In this document: positions 10,175-20,494 of the stretch, one piece after another
How positions within the stretch are numbered: position 1 is the stretch's first letter
Layout of the letters: each line of letters starts with the position of its first letter
NCBI GenBank assembly: GCA_963849325.1
Contig: CAWKHF010000012.1
Location: 1,440,001-1,504,000 of the forward strand
Source of the DNA: an uncultured Planctomycetota bacterium
Lineage (GTDB): Bacteria; Planctomycetota; Planctomycetia; Gemmatales; Gemmataceae
Length of the DNA stretch: 64,000 nucleotides
Direction: 5' to 3'
The notes under the pieces: model-generated
Database searches by the model: none
The model's input: only the letters and a program-made list of their open reading frames with translations
Told to the model about the DNA's origin: nothing
Program-made: the position numbers and the translations under genes

Positions 10175-12121
10175 ATGGCGACTGGCCCACTGGGCGGAGT
10201 TCTCCACCACCTGCGGCGGGCGGCGCTGCTGCAGGAGGGCGGCGGCTTGGCGGATGGACAACTCTTGGAATGCTTCCTAACCCGCCGAGACGAATCCGCC
10301 TTCGAGGCATTGCTCCAGCGGCATGGGCCGATGGTCTGGGGAGTGTGCCGCCGCGTGCTCCGACACACGCACGATGCCGAGGACGCTTTTCAGGCTACCT
10401 TCCTCGTCTTCGCCCGCAAGGCCGCCTCCATCCGACAACGAGAGTCGGTGGGCAACTGGCTCTATGGGACAGCTCACCGTGCCGCACTCGAAGTGAAGGC
10501 CGCGCGACATCGGTCGAGGGAGAGGCAGGTGAGCGCAATGTCCGAACCGGAAGCCGTTGTCGAGGCGGATGACTGGCATGACGTGCTCCCGCTGCTTGAC
10601 GCGGAGCTGAGCCGTCTACCCGACAAGTACCGGGAAGCGATCGTTCTCTGCGACCTGCAGGGCAAGACGCGCAAGGAAGCTGCGCGGCAGCTTGGCGTTC
10701 CCGAAGGGACGCTCTCGGGCCGGTTGACGACAGCTCGCCGGAAATTGGCCAAGCGACTCTGCCGCTACGGCTTGACGGTTTCCGGTGGAGTCTTCGCAAC
10801 GGTCGTATCACGCGATGCCGCGTCGGCCTGTGTGTCCAAGTCGCTGCTGGTTTCCACAACCCTGGCCGTAACCCGTGGCGGAGCGGGGGTCTCCGCCTCC
10901 GTTGCGGCCGTAGCGGAAGGAGCACTCCAGACCATGTTGTTTAGCAAATGGAAAATCGTTTCGGCCTTGCTCCTGGCGGCAACCCTGACGGCCATTGGCG
11001 TCGGGCCGCTCGCAGACTCCGCGGCTGTTGGCCGGCAAGCGGCCCAAGAGAAGGTTAAGGAACCTCCCTCCGAGAAGAAACCCTCCCCGGCCATCCCGAA
11101 GTGGAACGTGCGGGCGACCCTGGAAGAACACAAGGACACGGTCTGGGCCGTGGCCTTCTCCCCCGACGGGAAGGTCCTGGCGACGGCCAGCCGCGACGGG
11201 ACCGTGCGGCTCTTCGAGTTGGCGACGGGTAAGACCCTTGCCACTCTGGAAGGGCATGAAGGCGACGTTCACACGGCGGCCTTCGCGCCAGAGGGAAAAA
11301 CTTTGGTGACGGCGGGCGAGGACAAGACAGTGCGGCTCTGGGACCTGGCCACGAAAGGCGAGTTACAGCGGATGATCCACAACGACCCGGTTCGGGGCGC
11401 GGCCTTCACGCCGGACGGCAAGACGCTCATCGCCTGGGGGGGAATCCACGACCCCGATGGATGTGAGGGCCGGGGCGAGATACGATTGTGGGATCCGTCC
11501 ACGGGCAAGGAGCGAGCGCCCCTCCGCCAGGTTCCCGCGACTCAGGTTCTAAAGGTCCTGATCGCGCCCGATGGAAAGACCCTCATCATCAGCAGCGGGA
11601 ATCGGTTCACCATCTCGGAGTGGGACGGCAAAGATCAGTTGAAGGAACGGCTATCGGTTCAGGCGGAGGAGTCGGCTTTCATCTACGGCATGGCCCTGGC
11701 ACCCGACGGCAAGCTGCTGGCCATTACCACCGATGCCACGGTCAAGCTTTATGAAGTCGCAACCGGCAAGAAGCGCGACGAACTGGAAAAAAGTCTGGTG
11801 AACTGCTGGGACGGTGTGTTCTTTTCTCCCGATGGCAAGACGGTGGCCGCGCACATCGTCGTGCAGGAGAAAGACGGGGACTGGATCGTACAACGCCGGA
11901 GCATGTTCCGCACCTGGAATGTGGCTACGGGAAAAGTGCGGGAGACATTCGACGTGCAAGGAGCGATCCGATCCGCAGCCTTTGCGCCGGATGGCCAGAC
12001 GCTGGTCGTTGGCTGTCGGGGCGGGGTCAAGTTCCAGGAGAGCGAAGACGGCACCATCAATTTGCGCTCGATCGACGACACGGAGAAGGATGGGTCGGTG
12101 AAACTCCTGAGCCGAAAGTAA
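10175..12121 (+). CDS. ECF sigma-70 factor fused to WD40-repeat beta-propeller
   Basis: DAEDAFQATFL region 2, LP..YREAIVLCDL..EAARQLG..GT region 4, TM-like linker, repeated FSPDGK.LA..D.TVRLWD. Confidence 0.9.
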   Translation: MATGPLGGVLHHLRRAALLQEGGGLADGQLLECFLTRRDESAFEALLQRHGPMVWGVCRRVLRHTHDAEDAFQATFLVFARKAASIRQRESVGNWLYGTAHRAALEVKAARHRSRERQVSAMSEPEAVVEADDWHDVLPLLDAELSRLPDKYREAIVLCDLQGKTRKEAARQLGVPEGTLSGRLTTARRKLAKRLCRYGLTVSGGVFATVVSRDAASACVSKSLLVSTTLAVTRGGAGVSASVAAVAEGALQTMLFSKWKIVSALLLAATLTAIGVGPLADSAAVGRQAAQEKVKEPPSEKKPSPAIPKWNVRATLEEHKDTVWAVAFSPDGKVLATASRDGTVRLFELATGKTLATLEGHEGDVHTAAFAPEGKTLVTAGEDKTVRLWDLATKGELQRMIHNDPVRGAAFTPDGKTLIAWGGIHDPDGCEGRGEIRLWDPSTGKERAPLRQVPATQVLKVLIAPDGKTLIISSGNRFTISEWDGKDQLKERLSVQAEESAFIYGMALAPDGKLLAITTDATVKLYEVATGKKRDELEKSLVNCWDGVFFSPDGKTVAAHIVVQEKDGDWIVQRRSMFRTWNVATGKVRETFDVQGAIRSAAFAPDGQTLVVGCRGGVKFQESEDGTINLRSIDDTEKDGSVKLLSRK

Positions 12122-12141
12122 GCGCGTCCAGCAATAACTTC

Positions 12142-12202
12142 CGTTTAGCCGCGACGCGCAGCGGAGCGCGTGCCGCGCTCCGCTGCGCGTCGCGGCTAAA
12201 CG
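12142..12202. repeat. Palindromic REP-like element, family A copy 2
   Basis: Same arms as 5203-5269; between convergent stop codons. Confidence 0.9.
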
Positions 12203-12221
12203 AAGAGGAAAGGCGACACCA

Positions 12222-15200
12222 TTAGTGTGCATCCGCGGTCGGCAGCTGCTCGATCCAGTCGCGTATCCCCTGGACGGCCTCGGCATCGACGACCGACGTC
12301 GCCAGCGGCGGCATGTGTCCGGCCCCGCGATGGCTGATGCGCCGCAACAGCACCGAACGCTCGGGATGTCCCGGCGCCACCAGGCGCGCATCGGAAAGTC
12401 CGAACGTATCGTGCAGCGGCTTGACATCGATGAGGCGCATTTTGTCCAGTTTGGTTGTGAACTCCAGTTCCATCTGGGCGTTGCCGCCGCCCGCCTCGAC
12501 GTGGCACTGGGCGCAGTTGGCGTGCAGGTACGAGCGGGCGCGCAGGCCGACGTCCTGCTTCGGGTCGTAGGGGTCTACCAGCCGGCGGTACTTCTCGGGC
12601 GGAAACGTCAACAGCGTGGACGGCACGGACTCGCGCTGCATGCGCGTCGCCGTCCGCGCGTCGAGGTGCGCGTTGATTTCCTTCTCGGTCATGCCCCTGC
12701 CCCGCGCCTCGTCGCGCAGGGCGTTCTTCGTCTCCTCCATCCAGTTGACGCGCAGGACGCCGAGGTGTTCCAGGACGCGCAGCTGATTATCGCGGACGCC
12801 GCCGTAATCGTGGATTTTGTTCATCTGTAATGATGTCAGACCGAGAACGAAGTTGGCGGCGCGGCTGTGGCAGACCATGCACTCGGTACGGCTGGGATAG
12901 TGCCACGTCTGTTTACGGACGCTGGCGGGATTGTCCGCCGTCGGCTTGACGCGGACGGCGAACTCGCGGTCGAGTCCCTTCGCTTCGACGAGGACGCCGT
13001 CGGTCTGCTCGTCGTTCCACTGATAGGAATAGCCGAACCACTCGCCCTGCTGGTTGGTCAAAAAGCGCGTCTCGATCCAGCGGCGCGAGGCCGGGTTGCC
13101 TTCCTCCATCTCCAGGGCGAACGATTTGACGAGCACCGTCCTGTCCGGGAAGGTCCAGCCGCGATGGGTGGTGAAGCCGATGCTCGTGTCGGCGTCCGGC
13201 AAGGCGATCCAGCGCTCCTTGTAGGCGCCGTCCGACCACAAGGGCGCATTGACGGAGTAGGGAATCAGGGCCGGTTCCAGGACGTGGCCGCGCGTCGAGC
13301 GGAACAGGCCGCTGGCGCTCAGCGTGCGCGGGAACGTCGAGGGCGGCAGGTCTTTCGGCGTCGCTTCGAGGGTGTAGAGTCCGCCCTTGCCCTGGCCGCG
13401 ATGATCGGCGATCAGGATTTCGCCGTGCGAATCCACGCCGAAACCCGTGATTTGCAGGCGCGTGTCGGCCAGCTCCTTGTGCCAGGTGACGCGCGTGCCG
13501 TCGTGGCGGACGCCCCAGATCTTGCCCGTCGAGTAATCGCCGTAGAGGTAGGCGCCCCGCAATTGGGGGTGTTTCGTCCCGTAGTAGACGATGCCGCCGG
13601 TGAGCGAACGCGCCTCCGAGTGCGGATGCTCGATGGCCGGCTTGCTGAGCGGCGCCGGTCCCGCCTTGCGGTTGGGGTAGAACGGATGACTACCCTCCAT
13701 GACGCTCCAGCCGTAATTGGCGCCTTTGCGGATGAGATATGCCTGCTCCCATAGATCCTGGCCGTTGTTGCCAACCCAGATGTGGCCGGTCTTCGCATCG
13801 ACCGTCATCCGCCACGGGTTGCGCAAGCCGTAAGCCCACGTCTCCGGCCGAACGTCCTTCTGTCCGACAAACGGGTTGTCCTTCGGCACCGAGTACGCCG
13901 CGCCCTTGACGGGATGGTCCACGTCGAGGCGCAGCACCTTGGCCGTCAGCTTGCTGAGGTCCTGGCCGACGATGTGCGTGTCCGAATCGGACGTGCCGTC
14001 GCCGGAGGTAACGTAGAGCATGCCGTCGTGGCCGAACGCCAGGGCGCCGCCGTTGTGGCCGTCCGACGGCCATTCGAGGATGAGGGTCTCTGACTTCGGG
14101 TCGAGCCGATACGGCGGCTGGCGGTCCATCGTGTAGCGAAGAACGCGCGTCTTCTTCGCCGCCGACGGGGCCGACGAAGGGCCGTTCATGCCGACGTAGA
14201 CATATCCATTTTCCTTGAAATAGGGATGAAACTGGATGTCGTAGGCGACGCCGTCGTATTCGAGCAGCTTCTCGGCTTTCTCCGTATTCGGATCGTCCGG
14301 GATGCGCAAGATAGTGGTCGGGGCGTAGGGCCGGGACTGTGTGATGAGCAGGAGGAGATTGCTGTCCGGCTGGTGGGCGACGGCGACGGGGAACGAGAGC
14401 TTCAGCTTCGGATAGACGCACCGGGCGCGGTAGGGCGGCGGCGGTTCCGGTGAGCCGACAACGCGCGAGGTCGTCAGGGGTAGGCGCCGCTCGATGCCGT
14501 AGGGTCTGGCCGCTCCCTTCGTCGAGGGTCCGACGAAGCGCAGGGTAGCATAGTCCTCGTGATGGTGAAAATCGGGAAAGGGCCGCGACTTCAAGGGAGC
14601 ACAAGTGGACATCTCCGGTCCCTCGAAATCGACGGAGTAATCGTAGCGACAGAGGGCGAATTTCCAGCGCTCGTCGATGGCGGGTCGGCCGCCGGTGCGA
14701 AGGAAGTCGCGCCAGGGAATGCGGCCCTCGACCGACCAGCCCTGGTCCTTGTCCTGCCAGCGGTTCAGGGTGCCGCGCAGCCGCACCTTGGCGTCGAGAT
14801 GGAACTCGCCATCACGCTTGAAGCGCGCGTAGCCGCCGGCGCCGCGGCGCGGCAGGAACATATCCATGACGGTGCCGGCCGCGTTGACCTGGAATTCGTA
14901 GTAACCCGGCTTGTCCGCCGCCGGCTTGAAGAACAGCTCGAAGACGTCGTTGTCCCACGTCTGCCCATCGTGCTCCTTCACGTCGGCGTAAAGGTCGGCG
15001 TCCTCCATGTCGGCGAAGAAATAGAGATATTCACGATCCCAGAGGAGACGCGCCTTCGTCGCCGTGCGTGCCGGCCGTGCCTTCGCGCCCAGCCAGGGCA
15101 GGTAAAACGTGTCGATGACCTGCGCGTGCTTCCAGGCCGCCTCGTCGGCCTTGCCGTCGAGGGTGATAGGCGTATCGGCCCAGCGGCACTCAAATGCCTC

Positions 15201-15338
15201 CGACTGGGGGGAAGATTGGGGTACATCGGCCGACTCTCCGCGCTGCTCGCCGAGCCGAAGGAACGCGCAAGTTCCCAGGGCGAGCGGAAACAGCAACAAT
15301 CCGAGCACGATCCAGAAGAGACGGAAAGGCGTTGTCAT
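12222..15338 (-). CDS. Exported CBM9-like domain + PQQ-dependent glucose/sorbosone dehydrogenase propeller + c-type heme domain
   Basis: ITLDGKADE..W and LLWDREYLY..DVFELF (CBM9-like); HNGG.LAFG.DG.LY and WAYGLRNPWR (GSDH); CMVCH and CAQCH heme motifs. Confidence 0.85.
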   Translation of the reverse strand: MTTPFRLFWIVLGLLLFPLALGTCAFLRLGEQRGESADVPQSSPQSEAFECRWADTPITLDGKADEAAWKHAQVIDTFYLPWLGAKARPARTATKARLLWDREYLYFFADMEDADLYADVKEHDGQTWDNDVFELFFKPAADKPGYYEFQVNAAGTVMDMFLPRRGAGGYARFKRDGEFHLDAKVRLRGTLNRWQDKDQGWSVEGRIPWRDFLRTGGRPAIDERWKFALCRYDYSVDFEGPEMSTCAPLKSRPFPDFHHHEDYATLRFVGPSTKGAARPYGIERRLPLTTSRVVGSPEPPPPYRARCVYPKLKLSFPVAVAHQPDSNLLLLITQSRPYAPTTILRIPDDPNTEKAEKLLEYDGVAYDIQFHPYFKENGYVYVGMNGPSSAPSAAKKTRVLRYTMDRQPPYRLDPKSETLILEWPSDGHNGGALAFGHDGMLYVTSGDGTSDSDTHIVGQDLSKLTAKVLRLDVDHPVKGAAYSVPKDNPFVGQKDVRPETWAYGLRNPWRMTVDAKTGHIWVGNNGQDLWEQAYLIRKGANYGWSVMEGSHPFYPNRKAGPAPLSKPAIEHPHSEARSLTGGIVYYGTKHPQLRGAYLYGDYSTGKIWGVRHDGTRVTWHKELADTRLQITGFGVDSHGEILIADHRGQGKGGLYTLEATPKDLPPSTFPRTLSASGLFRSTRGHVLEPALIPYSVNAPLWSDGAYKERWIALPDADTSIGFTTHRGWTFPDRTVLVKSFALEMEEGNPASRRWIETRFLTNQQGEWFGYSYQWNDEQTDGVLVEAKGLDREFAVRVKPTADNPASVRKQTWHYPSRTECMVCHSRAANFVLGLTSLQMNKIHDYGGVRDNQLRVLEHLGVLRVNWMEETKNALRDEARGRGMTEKEINAHLDARTATRMQRESVPSTLLTFPPEKYRRLVDPYDPKQDVGLRARSYLHANCAQCHVEAGGGNAQMELEFTTKLDKMRLIDVKPLHDTFGLSDARLVAPGHPERSVLLRRISHRGAGHMPPLATSVVDAEAVQGIRDWIEQLPTADAH

Positions 15339-15571
15339 TTTCGTCACCTGCGGTTGCGGAGGGAAGCCAGATCGCGGCGCGACGGACCCCTTTTTACTTT
15401 TTACGACCGGAGCCATTTCCGCAAGCGCGAAAAAAGGCGAAATTCGCTCGGGGCTGCTCGCCGCTTGTTTTCGACCACCTCGGTCTGATAAAGTACTCGC
15501 GGGGCCTTCGGTACGGTGAAAGTCGGGGCATGATTTCCACCCCCGCGCATGCGCTCATTGAGGACGGAGAC

Positions 15572-15802
15572 ATGACGGCCGATAACTTCGATCGTGTTCT
15601 TAACAGTCTTATACAGCGGCAGCCCTTCACCGTGTTCACGGTGGAATTGCATGGGGGCCAGAAGTTTGAGGTGGACTATCCGAGGGCGATTGTCGTGCGC
15701 GATGGCGTGGCTGTCTTCCTCGCGCCCGGCGGTGTGCCGATCTGGTTCGACCACAACAGCGTCAATCAAATCATCGGCTTCGCGGCGAACAGCGAACCTT
15801 GA
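15572..15802 (+). CDS. Small hypothetical protein
   Basis: GGAG RBS; 76 aa MTADNFDRVL..QPFTVFTVELHGG..FEVDYP. Confidence 0.65.
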   Translation: MTADNFDRVLNSLIQRQPFTVFTVELHGGQKFEVDYPRAIVVRDGVAVFLAPGGVPIWFDHNSVNQIIGFAANSEP

Positions 15803-15851
15803 TCGCTACGTTGGGTCGCCGCGGTAGACCGCTCCCGACTGGAGGAATCCG

Positions 15852-17066
15852 ATGGCGACATTTTGCGTCCCTACAATCGTAATGTCGATTCTGCTCGGGA
15901 GCACGGCGGCGAGCCTCCCGCCGCTTCCCGCACCGCTGACCATCGGCAGCCCCAGCCCCAAGCTGGCGTCGATGAAGTACGTGAAGGGCGACGCCATCAA
16001 GGCGCTATCGGCGGGAACCGTCTACGTGGTGGAGTTCTCGGGCACCCAGTGCGTGCCGTGCATCCGGTGTATTCCGCATCTGAATGCGTTGCAAAAGAAA
16101 CACACGGACGTGGTATTCCTCAGCATCTACTGCGAGTACGAGAAGGCGGTTCGCGGCTTTCTGACGGGCAAGGGCAAGGACATCGCCATCCGCGTGGCCG
16201 TCGATCCGGGCCGCCGAATGTGGCGAGACTGGGCCGAGCCGGCATGTCAAGACGGAATCCCTTGCGCTTTCATCGTCGGCAAGGAGGGAAGGATCGCGTG
16301 GATCGGCGATCCCGTGGACCTCGACGATCCGCTGGCCCGAATTGTCGCGGACACGTTCGACCCTCAGGAGTACGTCTTGCGACTGAAGGTGGAGCAGGAG
16401 GCTTTCCTTCGACTTCGGCGGGCGCGAGAGCGCGAAGAAAAAGGCAGCAAGGAGTGCGAACGGATCAACGACATGGCCATCGCCGGAAAACTCGCCGACG
16501 CCCTGGCCGACACCGACAAGGCGCTCGCCGCCTACCGCGACTGCCCCGAGGCGACAGAGCGGTTACGCCGGATGCGCTTCTACCTGTTGGCCAACTTGCC
16601 GGGGAAGCGAGAGGAGGCGTTCCAACTGGCGACGGAACTGGCCGTGGAGGCGAAGATGAGCGGGCAAGATCGGGTAATGCTCAACACGGCCAAGTCGCTG
16701 CTGGCCGCGGCCGAGGATGCCAAACCCGAAGTCCGCGACACACGGCTTATCGACCTCGCGCTGCCGTTGCTTGGTGAGGCAACGCCTTTCGACCCCGAGT
16801 GGCGGGGCAGGAACGAGAACGACCGTCGAGACTACCGCATTCTGACCCTACGTTTCCAGGGGCGGGCGTATCACTTGCGAGGGGACGCCGCTCGCGCGAC
16901 GAATTCGATTCGGGATGCGATGGTGATGATCCGCGATCTGAAGCCGCCTCCCGGCGCGGACGCGAAGAAGTTCGCCACAGATACCAGGCGGCGATTGGAA
17001 TACTTCCAGACGATTCTGAAAAAGTATTCCGAAGAAGCGACCTCTTCCCCAAAGGAGCGACGTTGA
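15852..17066 (+). CDS. TlpA-like thioredoxin-fold protein with helical C-terminus
   Basis: Signal-like N-terminus, VVEFSGTQCVPC CxxC motif, GIPCAFIVGKEGRIAWIG; GGAGG RBS. Confidence 0.8.
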   Translation: MATFCVPTIVMSILLGSTAASLPPLPAPLTIGSPSPKLASMKYVKGDAIKALSAGTVYVVEFSGTQCVPCIRCIPHLNALQKKHTDVVFLSIYCEYEKAVRGFLTGKGKDIAIRVAVDPGRRMWRDWAEPACQDGIPCAFIVGKEGRIAWIGDPVDLDDPLARIVADTFDPQEYVLRLKVEQEAFLRLRRAREREEKGSKECERINDMAIAGKLADALADTDKALAAYRDCPEATERLRRMRFYLLANLPGKREEAFQLATELAVEAKMSGQDRVMLNTAKSLLAAAEDAKPEVRDTRLIDLALPLLGEATPFDPEWRGRNENDRRDYRILTLRFQGRAYHLRGDAARATNSIRDAMVMIRDLKPPPGADAKKFATDTRRRLEYFQTILKKYSEEATSSPKERR

Positions 17067-17080
17067 CCGAAGCGGCGTCC

Positions 17081-17108
17081 TTGACACTCGCGGAGCGCGG
17101 TTTAGAAT
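17081..17108 (+). promoter_or_regulatory. sigma70-type promoter of argBDF
   Basis: TTGACA (17081-17086), 16-bp spacer, TAGAAT (17103-17108). Confidence 0.65.
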
Positions 17109-17172
17109 GGTTGTTTCCCCTGGCCCGCGTAGTTACCCCTGTTGACGACGGGGGATAGGTTGAGCGACCGCG

Positions 17173-18093
17173 ATGGACGATGCGATCCGCAAAGCGGAAG
17201 CCCTCATCGAAGCCCGCAGCTACATCCGGATGTTCCGCGATCGGCTGACGGTCATCAAGCTCGGCGGCAGCGCCATGGAAGACGCCGCCGCCCTGGAGGC
17301 GACGCTGCAAGACGTCATCTTCATGGAGACGGTCGGCTTGCGTCCCGTCCTCGTCCACGGCGGCGGCAAGCCCATCGACCGCGCCATGGCCCGCTCCGGC
17401 TTGCAGCCCCGCAAGATCCAGGGCCGGCGCTACACCGACGCGGCCACGCTCGACATCGTTGTCAGCGTCCTCTTGCACGAGATCAACGAGGGCATCGTCC
17501 GGCACATCCGCCGGCTGGGCGGCCGGGCCGTCGGTCTGCACTCCGGCTCGCTCCAGAGCCTGTTCGGCGAGCGCCTGCACCTGCCGGGGACGGACGGCCG
17601 GATCGTCGATCTCGGCTTCGTCGGCACCGTGACGCGCGTGGATGGTTCGCTCATCGAATCGTTCACCGCCGGCGGCGTCGTTCCGGTCATTCCCTCCGTC
17701 GCCATGGACACGACGGAGGACCGGCCGGACGGTTGGCTCAACGTCAACGCCGACACGGCTGCCGCCGCCGTCGCCGCCCACCTCGGCGCCGAGAAGCTCG
17801 TCTTCCTCACCGATACGCCGGGCATCCTGCTGGATCGCAGCCGTCCCGATTCGCTCCTGCCCAGCCTCGACGCGAGCCGCTGCCGCGACCTGATCCAGCG
17901 CCGCGTCATCGACGAAGGCATGATCCCCAAGGTGGAGGCGTGTTTGGACAGCCTGCGCGCCGGCGTCCGCAAGACGCACGTGATTGACGGCCGACTCCGC
18001 CATTCCTTGCTGCTGGAGATTTACACCGACCGCGGCGTCGGGACCGAAATTACCCTGGAAACTATCTCAAAACCTGGCGAGCGGGGGGCGTAA
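17173..18093 (+). CDS. argB: Acetylglutamate kinase
   Basis: VIKLGGSAM, VHGGGK, NVNADTAA, GMIPKV, DGR..HSLLLEI. Confidence 0.95.
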   Translation: MDDAIRKAEALIEARSYIRMFRDRLTVIKLGGSAMEDAAALEATLQDVIFMETVGLRPVLVHGGGKPIDRAMARSGLQPRKIQGRRYTDAATLDIVVSVLLHEINEGIVRHIRRLGGRAVGLHSGSLQSLFGERLHLPGTDGRIVDLGFVGTVTRVDGSLIESFTAGGVVPVIPSVAMDTTEDRPDGWLNVNADTAAAAVAAHLGAEKLVFLTDTPGILLDRSRPDSLLPSLDASRCRDLIQRRVIDEGMIPKVEACLDSLRAGVRKTHVIDGRLRHSLLLEIYTDRGVGTEITLETISKPGERGA

Positions 18094-18140
18094 GCCCCCT
18101 GTTCCGAAGCAACAGGGGGCTTACGCCCCCCGCTCGCCAG
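18074..18140. repeat. Palindromic element, family C, overlapping the argB stop
   Basis: CTGGCGAGCGGGGGGCGTAAGCCCCCTGTT...AACAGGGGGCTTACGCCCCCCGCTCGCCAG perfect arms. Confidence 0.85.
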
Positions 18141-18154
18141 TCGGGATATTTGCG

Positions 18155-19345
18155 ATGAAGCAAGCGACCCTCGAACAGTTCCAGCGTTATGTCATCGGCA
18201 ATTACACGCGCTACCCCGTGTGCCTGGTGCGCGGCGAGGGATCGTCGGTATGGGACGATGAGGGGAATCGCTATCTCGACTTCTTTCCCGGCTGGGGCTG
18301 CGACCTGCTCGGCCACTGTCCGCCGCGCGTCGTCGAGGCGGTGCGCCAGCAGGTGGGGCAACTCATCCACGTGCCCAATACCTGGTACACCGAAGCGCAG
18401 GGTCGGCTCGCCGAGGCGCTGAGCGAACGGACGGGCTGGGGCGGACAGTGCTTTTTTTGCAACAGCGGCACCGAGGCGATCGAGGCGGCCATCAAGATCG
18501 CCCGCTTGAACGGCAAGCCGGGCCGGTACAAGATCCTCAGCATGTTCAACAGCTTCCACGGCCGTACCCTGGGGGCGCTGAGCGCGACGGGTCAGCCCAA
18601 GTACCATCAGGGATTGGAACCGCTGCTGGCCGGCTTCACTTACGCCCCGTTCGGCGACCTCGACGCCGCCGCCCGACTGATCGACAGCGAGACCTGTGCC
18701 ATCCTCCTCGAACCGATCCAGGGTGAGGGCGGCATCAACCTGCCGCCGCCCGGCTATCTACAAGGACTGCGCGAGTTGTGCGATCGCCATCGCCTGCTGT
18801 TGATCTTCGATGAAGTGCAGGCCGGCATGGGGCGAACCGGCCGCTGGTTCGCCCATCAGCACTGGGACGTACAGCCCGACGTGATGACGCTGGCGAAGGC
18901 GCTGGCCGGCGGCGTCGCGGCCGGAGGACTCCTTGCGCACCCGGAGGCCGCCGAGAAACTTCGTCCCGGCACCCACGCCGCCACGTTCGGCGGCAATCCG
19001 CTCGCCTGCGTCGCCGCCCTGGCCACTATTGAGACCATCGAATCCGACGGCCTGCTCCATCGCGCCGAGGAGTTGGGCGACTATTTCCAGCAGCGCTTCG
19101 AGGCGCTGCGTCCGCGCTGTCCGCTCATCCAGGAGGTGCGCGTCAAGGGCGCGATGATCGGCATCGAACTGACCGTGGATGGCGCCCCCGTGGTCAAGGC
19201 GTGCCTGGAGCGCCGGCTGCTCATCAACTGCACGCACACCACGGTCCTGCGTCTGCTGCCGGCCCTCACCCTGACGGACGCGGAGCGCGACCAGGGCTGT
19301 GATATTCTGGAAGAGGTCCTGTTGAACGCCAAAGACAAGAACTAA
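18155..19345 (+). CDS. argD: Acetylornithine aminotransferase
   Basis: NSGTEA.E, SFHGRT, EPIQGEGG, DEVQAGMGRTG, LAKALAGG, TFGGNP. Confidence 0.93.
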   Translation: MKQATLEQFQRYVIGNYTRYPVCLVRGEGSSVWDDEGNRYLDFFPGWGCDLLGHCPPRVVEAVRQQVGQLIHVPNTWYTEAQGRLAEALSERTGWGGQCFFCNSGTEAIEAAIKIARLNGKPGRYKILSMFNSFHGRTLGALSATGQPKYHQGLEPLLAGFTYAPFGDLDAAARLIDSETCAILLEPIQGEGGINLPPPGYLQGLRELCDRHRLLLIFDEVQAGMGRTGRWFAHQHWDVQPDVMTLAKALAGGVAAGGLLAHPEAAEKLRPGTHAATFGGNPLACVAALATIETIESDGLLHRAEELGDYFQQRFEALRPRCPLIQEVRVKGAMIGIELTVDGAPVVKACLERRLLINCTHTTVLRLLPALTLTDAERDQGCDILEEVLLNAKDKN

Positions 19346-19370
19346 GAGGCCGTCCCACAAAAAGTTCCCT

Positions 19371-19424
19371 GTTTAGCCGCGACGCGCAGCGGAGCGCGCG
19401 CTCCGCTGCGCGTCGCGGCTAAAC
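19371..19424. repeat. Palindromic REP-like element, family A copy 3
   Basis: GTTTAGCCGCGACGCGCAGCGGAGCGCGCGCTCCGCTGCGCGTCGCGGCTAAAC, loopless palindrome between argD and argF. Confidence 0.9.
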
Positions 19425-19451
19425 GAAATTACTTTCCCCGAGATGCTTGCC

Positions 19452-20365
19452 ATGCGGCACTTTTTAAGCTTGATCGATCTGCCGGCCGACGAACTGACGC
19501 ACCTGCTGGAGGAGGCGGCTCGTTTGAAAGCCGACACCCTGCGCGGCGTTCGGCCTCCGCTGTTAGCCGGGCGCGTGCTCGGCATGATCTTCGAGAAACC
19601 TTCGCTGCGAACGCGCGCCTCCTTCGAGGCGGCGATGGCCCAGCTGGGCGGCTCGACCATTTTCCTCAGCGCCAGCGACGGCCCGATCGGCCAGCGCGAG
19701 AGCGTACCCGACTTCGCCCGCAGCCTGAGCCACTACGTCGATGCGGTGGTCCTGCGCACCTTCCAGCACGCCACCATCGAGGAGTTCGCCGCCCACTCCA
19801 ATGTTCCGGTCATCAACGGCCTGTCGGACTTCTGCCATCCCTGCCAGGTGCTGGGCGACTTGCTGACCATCCAGGAGCATTTTGAGGGCGGCATTCGCGG
19901 CAAGACATTGGTGTTTGTCGGCGACGGCAACAACGTGGCCCGCTCTCTCGCTCTCGGTTGCGGCAAGCTCGGGGCGCGTTTCATTCTCGCCGCCCCCGAG
20001 GGGTTCCGCTTCGACCCCGGCTTCGTGCAAACCTTCCATCGCGTCTGCAAAGACGGCGAGTTGATCCAGAACGGCGTGCCGACTCATGCCGTGGGCCAGG
20101 CGGACATCATCTACACGGACGTGTGGACCAGCATGGGGCAGGAAGCGGAGAGCGAGCTGCGCCGCGCAAATTCGCCGACTTCCAGGTGAATGCCGACCTA
20201 CTCACCCAGGCGCCGCCGCAGGCGCGACTGATGCACTGCCTGCCCGCCCATCGCGGTGAGGAGATCACCAGCGATGTGCTCGACGGTCAACGCAGCATCG
20301 TCTTCGAGCAGGCCGGCAATCGCATGCACGCTCAGAAGGCCCTGCTCAAATGGCTGCTTCTCTAA
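19452..20365 (+). CDS. argF: Ornithine carbamoyltransferase (frameshift near 20168)
   Basis: [48 protein letters not shown]. Confidence 0.95.
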
Positions 20366-20494
20366 GTTCGACTTTTGCACTTTTGCGTAAGTCCTTATTC
20401 CTCGGTCGAGGATTTGACGTAAGTCCTTATTCCTCGGTCGAGACATCGGCGAAAAATAAGGACTTACGTAAAAGTGCAAAAGTCGAACTTAGAG
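20360..20494. mobile_element. MITE-like element 1 at the argF stop
   Basis: About 40-bp arms CTCTAAGTTCGACTTTTGCACTTTT(G)CGTAAGTCCTTATT / AATAAGGACTTACG(T)AAAAGTGCAAAAGTCGAACTTAGAG; internal 25-bp direct repeat at 20386-20410 and 20418-20442. Confidence 0.65.
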
